From: Paraspadella gotoi | Lineage: Eukaryota; Animalia; Chaetognatha | DNA: 63,997 bases | Direction of reading: 5' to 3' | Assembly (NCBI GenBank): GCA_051294375.1 | Contig: CM119263.1 | Coordinates: 18,810,631 to 18,874,627, forward strand | Shown: piece by piece, positions 1-12,420 of the stretch | Position numbering within the stretch: the first letter of the stretch is position 1 | Layout of the letters: each line of letters opens with the position of its first letter | Notes under the pieces: model-generated | What the model was told of the DNA's origin: nothing | The model's input: only the letters and a program-made list of their open reading frames with translations | The model's database searches: none | Translations under genes and position numbers: made by a program

Positions 1-142
1 GAGAGGAGGAGAGAGAGAGACGATCTTCGGTCGATATTCGGCATAATTAAAATTACATGTCATCCCGGCGCGAAAACGATTTTCTTTCCCCATTGGAAGA
101 AGAAAGAAAGAAGAGGCAGAGAGGAAGAGAAGAGAGAGGCAG

Positions 143-183
<41 letters not shown>

Positions 184-1513
184 AGAGAAAGAGAAAGAGA
201 GAGAAGCTGTGAAGTTGTGATTGCAGAAAAGCTTTCGTACTGAAAAAAATTAAAAAGCGATTCCGATCTCATTCATCTATAATTGTTAATATACATAAGT
301 TTAGAAGAATGAATATTCTCTTTCTTCAGATAATTTAAAAAAAGATAATCATTATGTTGCCCTAAAGAGAACTGATAACGCGTTCCTCTCGAAGCCAGCG
401 GAGATTCTGTTCGCGAATTCGAAAAAAAGGAGAAAATAAATGACGAAAAANNNNNNNNNNNNNNNNNNNNNNNNNNNNNNNNNNNNNNNNNNNNNNNNNN
501 NNNNNNNNNNNNNNNNNNNNNNNNNNNNNNNNNNNNNNNNNNNNNNNNNNNNNNNNNNAAAAAAAAGGAGATAGAATCTTGGGAAAAGCGTCAATTTTTG
601 ACACAAAGTGGAATCGGCTTTTGTCGTTTCTATGGAGATGATGTCGCCGTCGTCGTCGCTGTCGGCGTCGTCGTTGTCGTCGTCATCGTCGTCGTCGTCG
701 TCGATTCTTTTGTCATCATCGTCGATTCAACAATCATTCGTATTTCCTTAGGCGTTTAAATTCGTTTCCTGTTTTCCTGTCTTTTGTTCAGATTTTAACT
801 TTTTGTTTAACTTTAGTGTTTTTATTGTTAAACGAGTACAGGAAAGTTTTTTTTTAAAGTATCATTCGTACAGTCAAAAAAAAATCTAAATTTGTCCCCT
901 CTGGCTCTACTCTTTATTAGGCGATCGTCCTTTTTGGCGGAGCAATACATCTAACGCATAATTTACGGTAACGTGTGAATTTTTTTTCTTCACATTTTTG
1001 AACAGAATGATGTCCTCGTTGTCATCAAATATCATAATTAAAAAAAATTAATCTTTGAAGCTTGATCATAATGCATTTCATCCAATTTCTTTGTCTTAAT
1101 CCTTGTAGTAGCGTCATCGTCGGCTACAACGTCGTCGTTGTCGTCTTCCTCGGTGACGTAGTAGTCGTCGTCATCGTCGTCATCGTCGTCTTTCTCGTCG
1201 TTTGCTTCCTCGCCGTTGTCATCCTCGTCATCCTATTCATAAATATTTCATGAGATTGCGACTCGTCAAAATTTTTGTTCCAGGGATTTTTTTTCCAATG
1301 GAATTTAACTCCCGCGAAATATTTTTTTTTTCTGGAAAGAGAGAAAAACAGTCGAAGCATTTTGATAAATATTGCATTTAATTTCCGTTCGCTCTGCGAT
1401 TTTTTGTTATTTCTTATCTTGTTGAGAAAAGGTTCTTAATTCTTCTTTTTTTCTTTTTTTTCCCCTTTTTTTCTTTTTTCCAATCTTCTTTAAGAATATC
1501 TTTCAATCGATCT

Positions 1514-1562
<49 letters not shown>

Positions 1563-1778
1563 AACCCTTTTTTTCTCAACAGTGATTCCAATCTTTCGCT
1601 TTCCAGTATTCGTTCCACCTATATTTCACCACTAGTACTTTCCTCTCTTGCCATTTTTTTTTCTTCTTTTCCTTTTGTGTTATCCTCTCTTTCTTTTCTT
1701 TCTGTTTCCCCTACTTTTTCTCTTTTTTTTCACTTTCACTTTCTTGTTACCTTCTTCCTCTTGATCTCCGTCTTTTAC
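1..1778 (+). repeat. Partial duplicate of ~8471-10520 (its second half also overlaps the start of the ~7.5-kb duplicated block)
   Basis: Colinear near-identity with indels: cgatcttcggtcgat...cataattaaaattacatgtcatcccggcgcgaaa at 21 and 8491; ttgatctccgtcttttac at 1761 and 10503. The copy ends at the 25-N gap 1779-1803. Confidence 0.9.
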
Positions 1779-1899
1779 NNNNNNNNNNNNNNNNNNNNNN
1801 NNNAAAAGAAGAGAGAGATTAATGTAATAGCGTAGTTCCTTCAACTACAGCTGAAAAAGTAAATATAAGCGATTCTTTTAATCACATATATTGCCAGAA

Positions 1900-3800
1900 A
1901 AAATGTGCAAAAGGTATGAATTCTCGTTCACTCCTTCGGTCGAGACTCAGTTCCGTAAGACGCCCCACAAGAGGGTGTTGGCGGTCGTGTCGAACGCCTC
2001 CCAAGAGCAACTCTGCGATGTTGGCCATCGTCGCTCCGAGAGAATACTTGCGCGCGACATCATGTAGGACGCCACAGGTTCGGGGCCCGAGGAAGCCGCT
2101 TTAAGAGAAGCGGGGGCGAGTGTCACATGTGTCACCCAAAGAATTGAAATGTTAAAAATTAAAGCATGGTTAAGATAAGTATATAATGGTTTTTTATTGT
2201 AAAAAGATTAATTTAATGATCAGCTTAAATATTAATATTTTTAAAATAACGCTTAATCTGAAACTATGATTGAAGCTTGTAAATTTTATTCAATTATTAT
2301 CTCACTGCTTCTCATCACGCGTTGTCTACGCGGGCTGGCAGAAGTTCTCGACGCATTCCCGAGGTGAAACGGCGTTGATGACGTCCCACGCTTATGAATC
2401 TGCGGTAAAATCTCGAATTCAACCGCTTGTGAAGCTCCAGCCCCAATCTCCAGCATTATTGTCCTCTCGTGTCAATGTCTTCCACAGCTGAAATTGGAGA
2501 AATATTTATATGATTAGAACGAAACTTTTTTTTATCAATTTATCGATTCATTAACGTGTTACTTGACGGAAATCTTCCGTCCTCTGCGGAGGAATGGTCA
2601 CCAAGGCAACGAGTCGCGTGCCCGAAGAGGACGGTTGGCCGTCGACTCATCGCCCACTTGTAAGACTTCGCACGTGTATTCGGTCGATGCCAAGCCTATC
2701 CTGGGCGACGGAGATGAGCCATAAAGTTTGAAAATGATTTTAAAATGTAATCTATTTTAAATCATTTCTCACCTTTCTGTTATTTTTCGCTAATTTCTTC
2801 CCATCGATTTTCACCGCCTCTTTCACGCCGTCACGTCAATCTGATGGACGAAAGGGTCTTGGTCCAGGATTAACAAAACAAACAAACTTTCTTGTCCTGA
2901 ACATTTTAAATAAAGACCCACCCAGGGAAGAAACTGGTTAACCCTCTTGCGCGCGCATTAGTTTTTTGTTTGAGCCTTTGTCGATTACGCCACCTTAAAA
3001 AGAAGTACTATTCGTGGCTTTTAAATTAAAATTGGTACTATATACTCGATTTAAAAAAATCTTTCACTTTTGAACAAGCCTCCTTCCTTACCATTCCTTC
3101 CCCGTCAGCCGGTGATGAGGGAGTTAGGAAGATTTCGTTCTCGTCTCCAGTGCTGCCAACTCGTTAGCGGCAATCGGAGAAAACAAACAAAATAATATAT
3201 GCATATATGTATTAAAACCTTAAAGTATCCTTAAAAAAAACCTCGTTCTGTTAATGTTAACAACAACCTCTAGGAAAACAGGCCTCTTTCCTTGAAGAGT
3301 GCCGGCCACCAAGGCGGGGTGTTGATGGGAGACGAGTTTGGTGAAAGCCGAGATTGGAGATGTATATGACGTCCACGAAAATCCCGATGGTGATCCAGTT
3401 GGAAGTTGGTGGAGAGAGGTCATGTAGGGTCGGAAAATCTCGAGAGGAAATGGAGACCGGTGTAGAATAATCAAAATGTATTATATTATATTGTATGTAT
3501 TAGTATATAAGATCATTATATAACATATTTCGAGAGTTGTATATATATGGTTTATATGAGTGTAAAATTATGAACCAACCTCTTACCCGGGAAACCGGAA
3601 AGTGATAACTATTAAGTTGCGTCATGCCGTAATCGAAAGAAAAATAAGCAAGCCACTAGACCGAACGAATCTGTTACATGTCCGCTTGCAAAAAGCGAAA
3701 ACACTGTCACCTGAACGGACGCCGCGAATCCCGCAATCCGCGGCAAACATTTCCGGATTCTCCAGTTGGCCAAATTCCGCGCTTCCGAGGTGAACGAGAT
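1900..3800 (-). CDS. Candidate multi-exon gene or pseudogene of unknown product (frames broken by indels)
   Basis: GC-richer blocks alternate with short AT-rich spacers. Minus-strand donors are seen on + as ctcac 2301-2305, gttac 2558-2562, ctcac 2768-2772, cttac 3087-3091 and cttac 3582-3586; acceptors as ctgaaa at 2488 and ctgaac at 2897. The clearest exon is 2306-2487 (intron 2488-2562). No domain recognised. Confidence 0.4.
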
Positions 3801-5139
3801 AATTTCCCGGTTGTCGCTGCTCTGCGTTGCTGCTGTCGCTGACGTCGATTTCAAGAATCGAATGGACAGTCGTGTGGGCGTCGTTTACACGCGGACCGTG
3901 GATGGCGCGTCGGAAAGTGCGTGGTCATGGATGACGCGAAGAAATGCTTTTGCTGGATTTTAATCGGAGTGTTTATGATTGTCACTTAATTATGAATTAT
4001 TTTTCTGTGTAAAATCCAAATTAATCCTGTATCTGCATTAGTTTTACCAACATGCAAAAAGTTTTTAATAATTTCTTTGGCTATATTTAGTGGTTAAATT
4101 TAGCTGAATTATTTTTTCTTCTTGAACGATGGTTTTGGGGGTCGATGGGGATAGGAGAAAAGAAAGCTAATAGTAATGAAAAACTATAACCGAAGCTCAA
4201 TAATATAAGACGAAATAGGAAGCAAACCAAGCGCATTTTTCTCCACATGGAATCATTAACCGAATATCCTAAACATATTAAAATAAAGCGTGGCTAAATC
4301 AGTTTCCCGACTTCTTTAGATCGTAGCGTATATATTTTTATAATTTTTTCCGAGAAAAAACGTGAGAAAAAAAAAAAAATTTAATGCGTCTTTGCTCTGA
4401 GGATCGACGGCTTTTTCTTAGAAATAGAAAACGAAGAAATAATCGATATAATGGGATTGGTGTTTCGTTGCGAGATCGCGAAACTCGGGCGGGAGGCAAA
4501 AGAAGAGCGCCTCACGAGACAGAATTTGATGTGATTCTTTGCCTGCTGTTGGCCGATCCAGTCCACTTTTTCTTCTCTCGATAACTTAAAGTTATTTTTT
4601 AAGGCCGGAGAACTCGAGTCAGGTGACCAACGAAATTGGTAATAGCTTGAAGGTTGGGCCCATTGAAGATGACTCGAGCGGAATCCCCGCGGCGGAGAAA
4701 AGCCTTCTTAACTTCGAAATAAAAGAGCATTGCCGACGGGGGACGAAAGATATATATTAGGAACGATTTGACTATTGCAATTTTCTAAAATTTATTAAAG
4801 ATATTGTCCGGTATGTAATATTTCCAATACGGCTTGAATTTCTAGTCTTTTACACGATTTAAACCGAGAATTCAATGAATTGCTTCCAACTTTTTTAATT
4901 TTATTTTATTCATTCACTATCTCTTTTTTATCTTTTTAAATACAACATTTCTGCTTGTATGTTTTAAAAAACTCTCGTAAAAAAATAGTTAATTCTGAGG
5001 TCGACAGGCCGTTTATTTTATTATTTTACCTTTACTGTATTCATTTAAATAACTAAAGATGTTTTTAGTTTCCCACACTTCCCAGCTCTACTAGGTGACT
5101 CTAGAGAGACTCATGCTTTCGGCAAAACCTGTTTTGGAA

Positions 5140-6480
5140 AACAGAAGAGCAGCGTTTGGACGCGGGGGAGGACGGGATTACCCATTCCCATTGAGAGACA
5201 AAATCCGGAGTTTTCAAAGGGAATACATGTTATTATGAAGTCAGCTTTCGAATAAACTATTTCCCTAAGAAATAGAGAAATGCCGTCATAAATATGATTC
5301 CGAAAAGGGAAACCGCAAACTCCGTGAAAAGGATTTCGAAACAATTAGTCCTTGAGCTGGGTAAATTATACAAAACACTTTTATCCGGGATTCAATCTTG
5401 AAGGCATATGGATATCAAAATTATAAAAAACCTATTCAAGCAGGTTCTGTCAGAGGTGCGATCCACTCAGGAACACTTGATAAGATTGCGGAGATATTAT
5501 GAGAGGTTTCAAAAAGATAAAAATAACAGTTGCAATCTTTTCATGATGTGGAAGATGCCTTTAACGAGAGTTTAGGCATGATGGTTTGATTATAAAGATG
5601 AAGGAACTGGGCTTTCCAGACAGTCTCATTCAACCAATTGACTCAATATCTTAACAATAGATTTGTTACAGTTAGGATCGGAGATAGTAACTCGAGAAAA
5701 ATTTCATGTCTTTGTGGTTGTCCGCAAGGAGGAATTATACAACCACGACCTCTTCTCTATTTAGTATTCGATAACCAATAAGGTTCGCGAAGATAGTAGA
5801 GATAGTCAATTTGCGGATGATACGGCAAACTGGGTTACAGAAGTGTCCTTGGAAGTTTGTGTCAATTTGAAATGAAGAGGACAATGGAATGCCCGATCTC
5901 TATGTATATGTGTGGTGCAGTAATGCGGCCTTAAATTAGCTTCCAGATAAATGTCAGTTACATTACTTTTTTCAGAGGAGACGAAGAGCGTTGTCGTAGT
6001 TCTGGACTTAGAATTATTTGGGTTAACAATTAGGGATTGTTCAGGGAAGCAAATTTTTTCAGGGGGTTCCCTTCGATAGTAAAATTAAAGGGGAATACTC
6101 ACATTAATAATTTATGTAAACGTACGATACAAGAGATGTGGAGTATTGTCGCAAAGTTTACGATGAGAGAGAGAATATCTCCGAGTACTAACACCTTATG
6201 TTAGAACTTTATAAGTGTATTCAGTTATTTCACTGTCTCACGCACCGTATAGCATGGAGCTGGTTGGTATCTCTATTTTCTAACCTCTCGCTAAGGAATA
6301 AAATTAAGGAGAGCGTTGAATTTAGATTTTAAAAGCATATCTAATGTACAAGATCAATGTCAAATTTCTAGTGTTTTGGAATTATTTTGGTGAAAACCTA
6401 TTGCGTAATTAGGAATATGTAAGAAGGGCCACATTTGCAATGCGAGGGTTTGGATTGAAAAAACGCCCCTTACTAAATAT
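5140..6480 (+). mobile_element. Decayed non-LTR retrotransposon (LINE) reverse transcriptase fragment, Jockey/I-group-like, apparently 5'-truncated
   Basis: Reading across frameshifts gives RT motifs in canonical order: GEDGI (~5166), YFPKK*RNAVINMIPK (~5258), GFR/TIS (~5331), QAG..RG (5437), DVEDAFN..HDGL (5545), GCPQGG (5716-5733), SQFADDTANW (FADD 5810-5821), WCS..K..DKCQ (~5912), GVPFDSK (~6063). Many stops and indels; no endonuclease domain recognised. Confidence 0.88.
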
Positions 6481-8086
6481 ATTGAAACATGATGATTTTT
6501 AAGGGCGGGCAGAAGGGCAATAATGTTCCCTTCGAATTTTTAAGTGAAGTACCTAATAATTTTTCCTTTGAAAAGTTTTTTCTGTTCTAAATCTAAGATT
6601 TAACCTGTTCTCATTGTATACGGATACTGTTTGTATTTGGAAAAGAGTTATTGAAAAGATCAATTACAGACCTTCCAGTAAAAGATACGGATTTAGAAAT
6701 GAATTGAAAATTCTTTTCACTCTGTTCGGTGCCGTAATACTTTGACCAAATTGTGTTTCCGATGAATAACTATTGTTTCCTTATGCTGTGATTAATTGTA
6801 CAAAGCCTGTCTGTATTATTTGTAACTGCGACCCATTGAGCCTCGCTTTTTGTATATAATCTATCTGAGGATCTAATCTCGTCACTGACAAAATTAGTAT
6901 TATGTCGTGAAATACTGGTCAAATCTCCCAACTGACAAGTAGAAAAGATTTTTTTTAATATAGAAACTTTGACAAAATCAACAAAACAACGAAAAAAAAA
7001 ATACACGAATCAACTAAAACTTATCTAAGAATACATAATCTAACGAATAATATCTTAGGTACATCATCGTCACATCATGACATAGACATGACATTTAAAT
7101 TAATTTATGGAGAACCAAAATGGACACTCTGACTTAACTTAAAATCTGATTTGAATTATTGGCTCGGAATATAATCGTTCATATATCGGAACATATATAT
7201 GGGATTTTTTAAGCAGTGAAAATTTTGAGATGCACGTACAAATCGAATCAAACCTAGTTGTAGACTTGGTTCTTAAAAATTGCTATTTTGGTTTTGTTGT
7301 ACATAAGTATTTCAAGAACGTATGTTTTACTCTTCCCGGCTTTGTCTCTGGGAAAATCATTGAAGCGCTCACCAAGGAAAATTTGGCAGAGAGAAAATAT
7401 TCCTCCTCCTCCTCTCTCACTTTCTCTTTTGTCTCGTTTATTTTCCACATCTGTCCTTCTTGATGTTTTGCTCCTTATTTCCTCCTCTTTTTCTGTTTTG
7501 GAGAGGTCCCTCGATCAACGGAGAAGGCACGCTTAGTACTGAATTATAAATTTTATGTTCCCTTTGCTAAAGGAAATATTTACTTCTATACTTTCAGTAT
7601 TTATTACTAGAAATAACACAAAATTTCTAACCGTGTTCAAGTTAAGCCACGTGCAATACCTGCACTGCCAAATGCCAATGCCACGTCCGTCTCTGTCTGT
7701 CAACGTCCGTCCAGTTTCTGACCGGAAGGGACTTTGTCGCCTTGTTTGTCTTTGTCTTCGGCAGAGGCCGGTAATTAGCGTCGCCGGGAGGATGAAGAGG
7801 AGGAGAAAGGAGGGGAGGAGGAAGAGTAAGATGGGAGGACGTTTTTAAATCCGTTGATTGGATTCGAAGAGTTGACTTTTATCTCGTCACGAATGGTGGA
7901 GCTAAAGAGAAGAACGAAGGTGAAGGAGCTAGGGGAGCAGAGAGAATACTGTTACAAGAAGGAGTTTTTAAAGGTGATAGGAGCAGAAGGAATATTTTTT
8001 ATCGCCACAATGGGAGATAGGAGCAGCATGGAGACGAGTGGAGCAAGATTGAATAGATTTATTGAGAGAGAGAAGAGAAGAGAGAG

Positions 8087-8129
<43 letters not shown>

Positions 8130-8449
8130 GAGGAGAGATATGGAGAGAGAGAGAGAGAGAGGAGAGAGGAGAGAGAGAGGAGAGAGAGAGAGAGAGAGAG
8201 AGAGAAGAGAGAAGAGAGAGAGAGAGAGAGAAGAAAGAAGAGAGACCAAAAAAATAGAAAAAAGAAAAAATGGAGATAGGACTAAGATTAGAAAGCAGAG
8301 GAGAAAATGGAGTCTGAATGAGGAAGAAATGAAGGCTGAAGGAAAAAAGAAATTACGGGCACAATAACTCACAAGTGTTGAGTGAAAAGAAGTGAGAGAG
8401 TGAAAGGAGAAAGAGAATGAAAGAGAAAAGGGAGAGAGAGTGAGAGAGT

Positions 8450-8491
<42 letters not shown>

Positions 8492-10541
8492 GATCTTCGG
8501 TCGATATTTCGGCATAATTAAAATTACATGTCATCCCGGCGCGAAAGACGTTCTTTCCCCAATTGGAAAAGAAAGAAAGAAGAGGCAGAGAGAGAGAGAG
8601 AAGAGAGAGGCAGAGAGAAGAGAGAGACGAAGAGAGAGAGTAGAGAGAGAGAGTAGTAAATGAGAAGATGAGAAGAGTAGAGAACCGTGAAGTTGTGATT
8701 GCAGAAAAAGCTTCGTACTGAAAAAATTAAAAGCGCTTCGTGTCATCATGTTATAATTGAGTATACAAAGGTTTAGAAGAATGAAATATCTCTTCTTTCG
8801 AGATAATTTAAAAAAAGTAATCATATGTTGCCCTAAGAGAGAACTGATAACGCGTTCCTCTCCGAAGCCAGCGAGATTCTGTTCCGCGAATTCGAAAAAA
8901 AGGAGAAAATAATGACGAAAAAATCTAAAAATAAAGATCGATGAAAAAAGTCTGTGGAGATGAAATAGAGAAACGGAGGAAGAGACGAAACAATTGAAAC
9001 GAAAAATACGGAAGAGAAACAATAAAAAGTTAAGATATTAAAAAACTGAATAATGAAAACGAAATAAAAATGGAAATGGAAGCCACCGGTAAAAAAACGG
9101 ATAAAGAGAAATGGATGAAAACGATGATAAAAAAAACGGAAAAAGGATTGAAGGAAAAATTATGAAGGGAAAAAATGAAAAAAAAAGGAGGATAGAATCT
9201 TGGAAAAGCGTCAATTTTGACACAAAGTGAATCGGCTTTTGTGCCGTTCTATGGGAGATGATGTCCCGTTTGCGTCGCTGTCGGCGTGTCGTTGTGCGTC
9301 GTCATGCGTCGTCGTCGGTCGTCGATTCTTTGTCATCATCGTCGATTCAACAATCATTCGTATTTCCTTAGCGTTTTAAATTCGTTTCCCTGTTTCCTGG
9401 TCCTTTTGTTCAGATTTTACTTTTGATTTAACTTTAGTGTTTGTTAGTGTGTTAAACGAGTACAGGAAAGTTGTTTTTTAAAGTATCAATTCGTACAGTA
9501 AAAAAAAATCTAAATTTTGTCCCTCTGGCTCTACTCTTTATAAGGCGATCGCCTTTTTGGCGGAGCAATACATCTAACGGCATAATTTACGGTAACGTGT
9601 GGAATTTTTTTTCTTCACATTGTTTTGAAAGAATGTATTCCTCGTTGTCATCAAAATATCATAATTAAAAAAAATTTAATCTTTGAAGCTTGGATCCATA
9701 AGATGCATTTCATCCAATTTTCTTTGTGCTTAATCCTGTTGTAGTGCGTCATCAGTCGGCTACAAGCGTCGGTCGTTGTCTCGTCTTCCCTCGGTGAGCC
9801 GTAGTAGTCGTCTCATCGTTCGTCATCGTCGTCTTTCTCGTCGTGTTTGCGTTTCGCTCGCCGGTTGTCATCTCTCTGTCTCGCTGATTTCATAAATATT
9901 CATGAGATTGCGCGAACTCGGTCAAAATTTTTGTTCCCAGGGATTTTTTTCCAATGGAATTTAGAACTCCGCGAAATATTTTTTTTTTCTGGAAAGAGAG
10001 AAAAACAGTCGAAGCATGTTTATAAATTATTGGCATTTAATTTGCGCGTTCCGGCTCGCGATTTTTTTGTATATTTCTTTCTTTGTGAGAAAATGGTTCT
10101 TAATTATTTTCTTTATTTTTCTTTTTTTTCCCCTTTTTGTTGCTTTTTCCAATCTTCTTTTAAGAATATTCTTCAATCGATCTCTTTTCTCTCTCTCTCT
10201 CTCTCTCTGCTCTCTCCTCTGCTCTCTCTCTCTCGCTCTCTCTCTCCTTCTCTCTCTCTCTCTCCTCTCTCTCGTCTCTCTAGAGCTCTCTCTCTACCCT
10301 TTTTTCTGCAACAGTGATTCATCTTTCGCTTTCCAGTATATCGAGCGTTCCATCGCTCTATATTCACCACTAGTTATTCCTCTCTTCCATTTTTTTTCAC
10401 TTTTCTTTTGCCGTTTTGTGTTATCCTCTCTTTCTTTTCTTTCATGTTTCCCTACTTTTTCTCTCTTTTTTTTCACTTCACTCTTGGGTTACCTTCTTCC
10501 TCTTGATCTCCGTCTTTTACCGGTCCCCTCGCTTCTCTCTC

Positions 10542-10581
<40 letters not shown>

Positions 10582-12383
10582 TCTCTCATCTCTCTCTCTC
10601 TCTCTCATCATCTCGTCTCTCTCTCGACGAAAACATTGGGCGAAGCTCGGCGCGGAAAAAGAATGGGGTCAGGGCGTCAAGGCGTGGTTTTCCGCGCGAA
10701 TTTCGCCGCGAAATCGAGGGCGGGAAAAATTTAACGAGATTCTATCCTTGAACTCGAGAGAAAAACTCGGCGCCGTCGAAGAGAACTGATTGGTTATTGA
10801 TTGCATTCGATTGACGATTCAACGATCATTCACGTTGTGCTTTTGGTTTTTTTTTATACTCAATTTCGTCGGTGATTGATGTTGATTACTGATGTATTTG
10901 ATAGATATTTTTTTCGCTAGAATAATTGTTTCAAGTATCTTTTTTTTAAATTAGCTTAAATTAATGAATTAAAATGTCCTATTTACCCTGTGACTTTTCA
11001 TTCATTCACTCGGGATTTCCAAATATGGCCACTGTATTATTGATTTTCAAGAATCTATAAATAATTACGGTCAATGAACCCAACTAACAGACAATAAATC
11101 CCGATCTCGCTCCATATTTTTCGAAAAGATCATAAACTTGGCATAAAACGGTAATTTCGGAAATTTCAAATAAAAAAATAGGATTCCAAAAAAAGAAACT
11201 TGTTTTTTTTTTCTCGAAGAATAAATAAGTCGTAAAAAAAGCTCAGGTGTCGGAAGCAGACGTCGGAGTCAATAAATTCAAAAGAACCGAAATTTTCGTT
11301 CCCGTCGCAGTTTCAACTCGAATAAAAAAACAAGAGGAGTAAAAAATATTTTTGGAGGAAAAAAATGTTATTCAAAAATCAAGACCCTTGCATCTGCGAT
11401 CTTTTTGCTTAAAGCTTCCGTTCGTCGTTGTCGTCGTCGTTTTAAAGGTTAAATTGATGAGCAATTTGAAGCGAGATTGCGCATCGAAAGTAAGAGACGA
11501 ACGCAGAAAAATGGACTAAAATATAATTTTAAATGTTTGGGCCAAACGCTAAAAATTGAACTGAATATCATTAAAAATAGCTTTTTTATAATACTGAGTG
11601 CTCATTGGCAAGAGGTTTAAAGCCTTTTTGGATGCAAAAAACGAAAACTGAAAAGGGGAACGGATTTTTTGGTATGATGGAAAAAGAATAAAATATCTAA
11701 AATATCTTCTGGAACTATATTTAAGTATTTAAAACTATTGTTATCAGGCCTTCTTCCAACTGATTTAATCTTTTTATCCCTCATCTTTCACTCTTCTTTA
11801 TTTCCCTTTTATGTTTCCCCCTATTTAATCCATTCCCATTGTTTTTCGTCCCATCAATTTCCATTATCAACGTCGAATTCTCAACGTTTAACTTCTTCGT
11901 TGTATCCGAACTTTATTTCTCTTTTCTTTTGTTCTTAACTTTCTTTTTTTTTTCTTTCAAAATCTCTCTTTATTTCCTCTCTTTTTTTCGACTCCTTTAC
12001 CATTTTTCTTACTCGATTCTTTGACCTTTCCCTTCTTTTTCCTTTTCTTTTCTTTTCGTCTCTTCCTTTTTTCTTCCTCCTTTAATCTTTTTCACTCTTT
12101 CCCTCATTTTTATCTCATCTCTCGTTTCTCTGACCACCCAGTCTTCTCTTATCTTTTCTTAAACACGAATTTTGAAAAAAATAGAGAAGAAAATAGTCCC
12201 TTTCCTCTTTTTTCCTCCTCCTTCTCCTCCTCCTTTCCTCCTTTCTTCGGATCTCGCTCCTCCTCTTCGTTTCCTTCGTAAGTTCTCCTCCTCATCCTCT
12301 CTTCGTCCCTTCCTCTTCCTCGCTCAGCACGTCTCTCATGCTGGATGTCGTCGACTACCTTTTGCTTCTCTCTCCTCTCTCTC

Positions 12384-12420
<37 letters not shown>

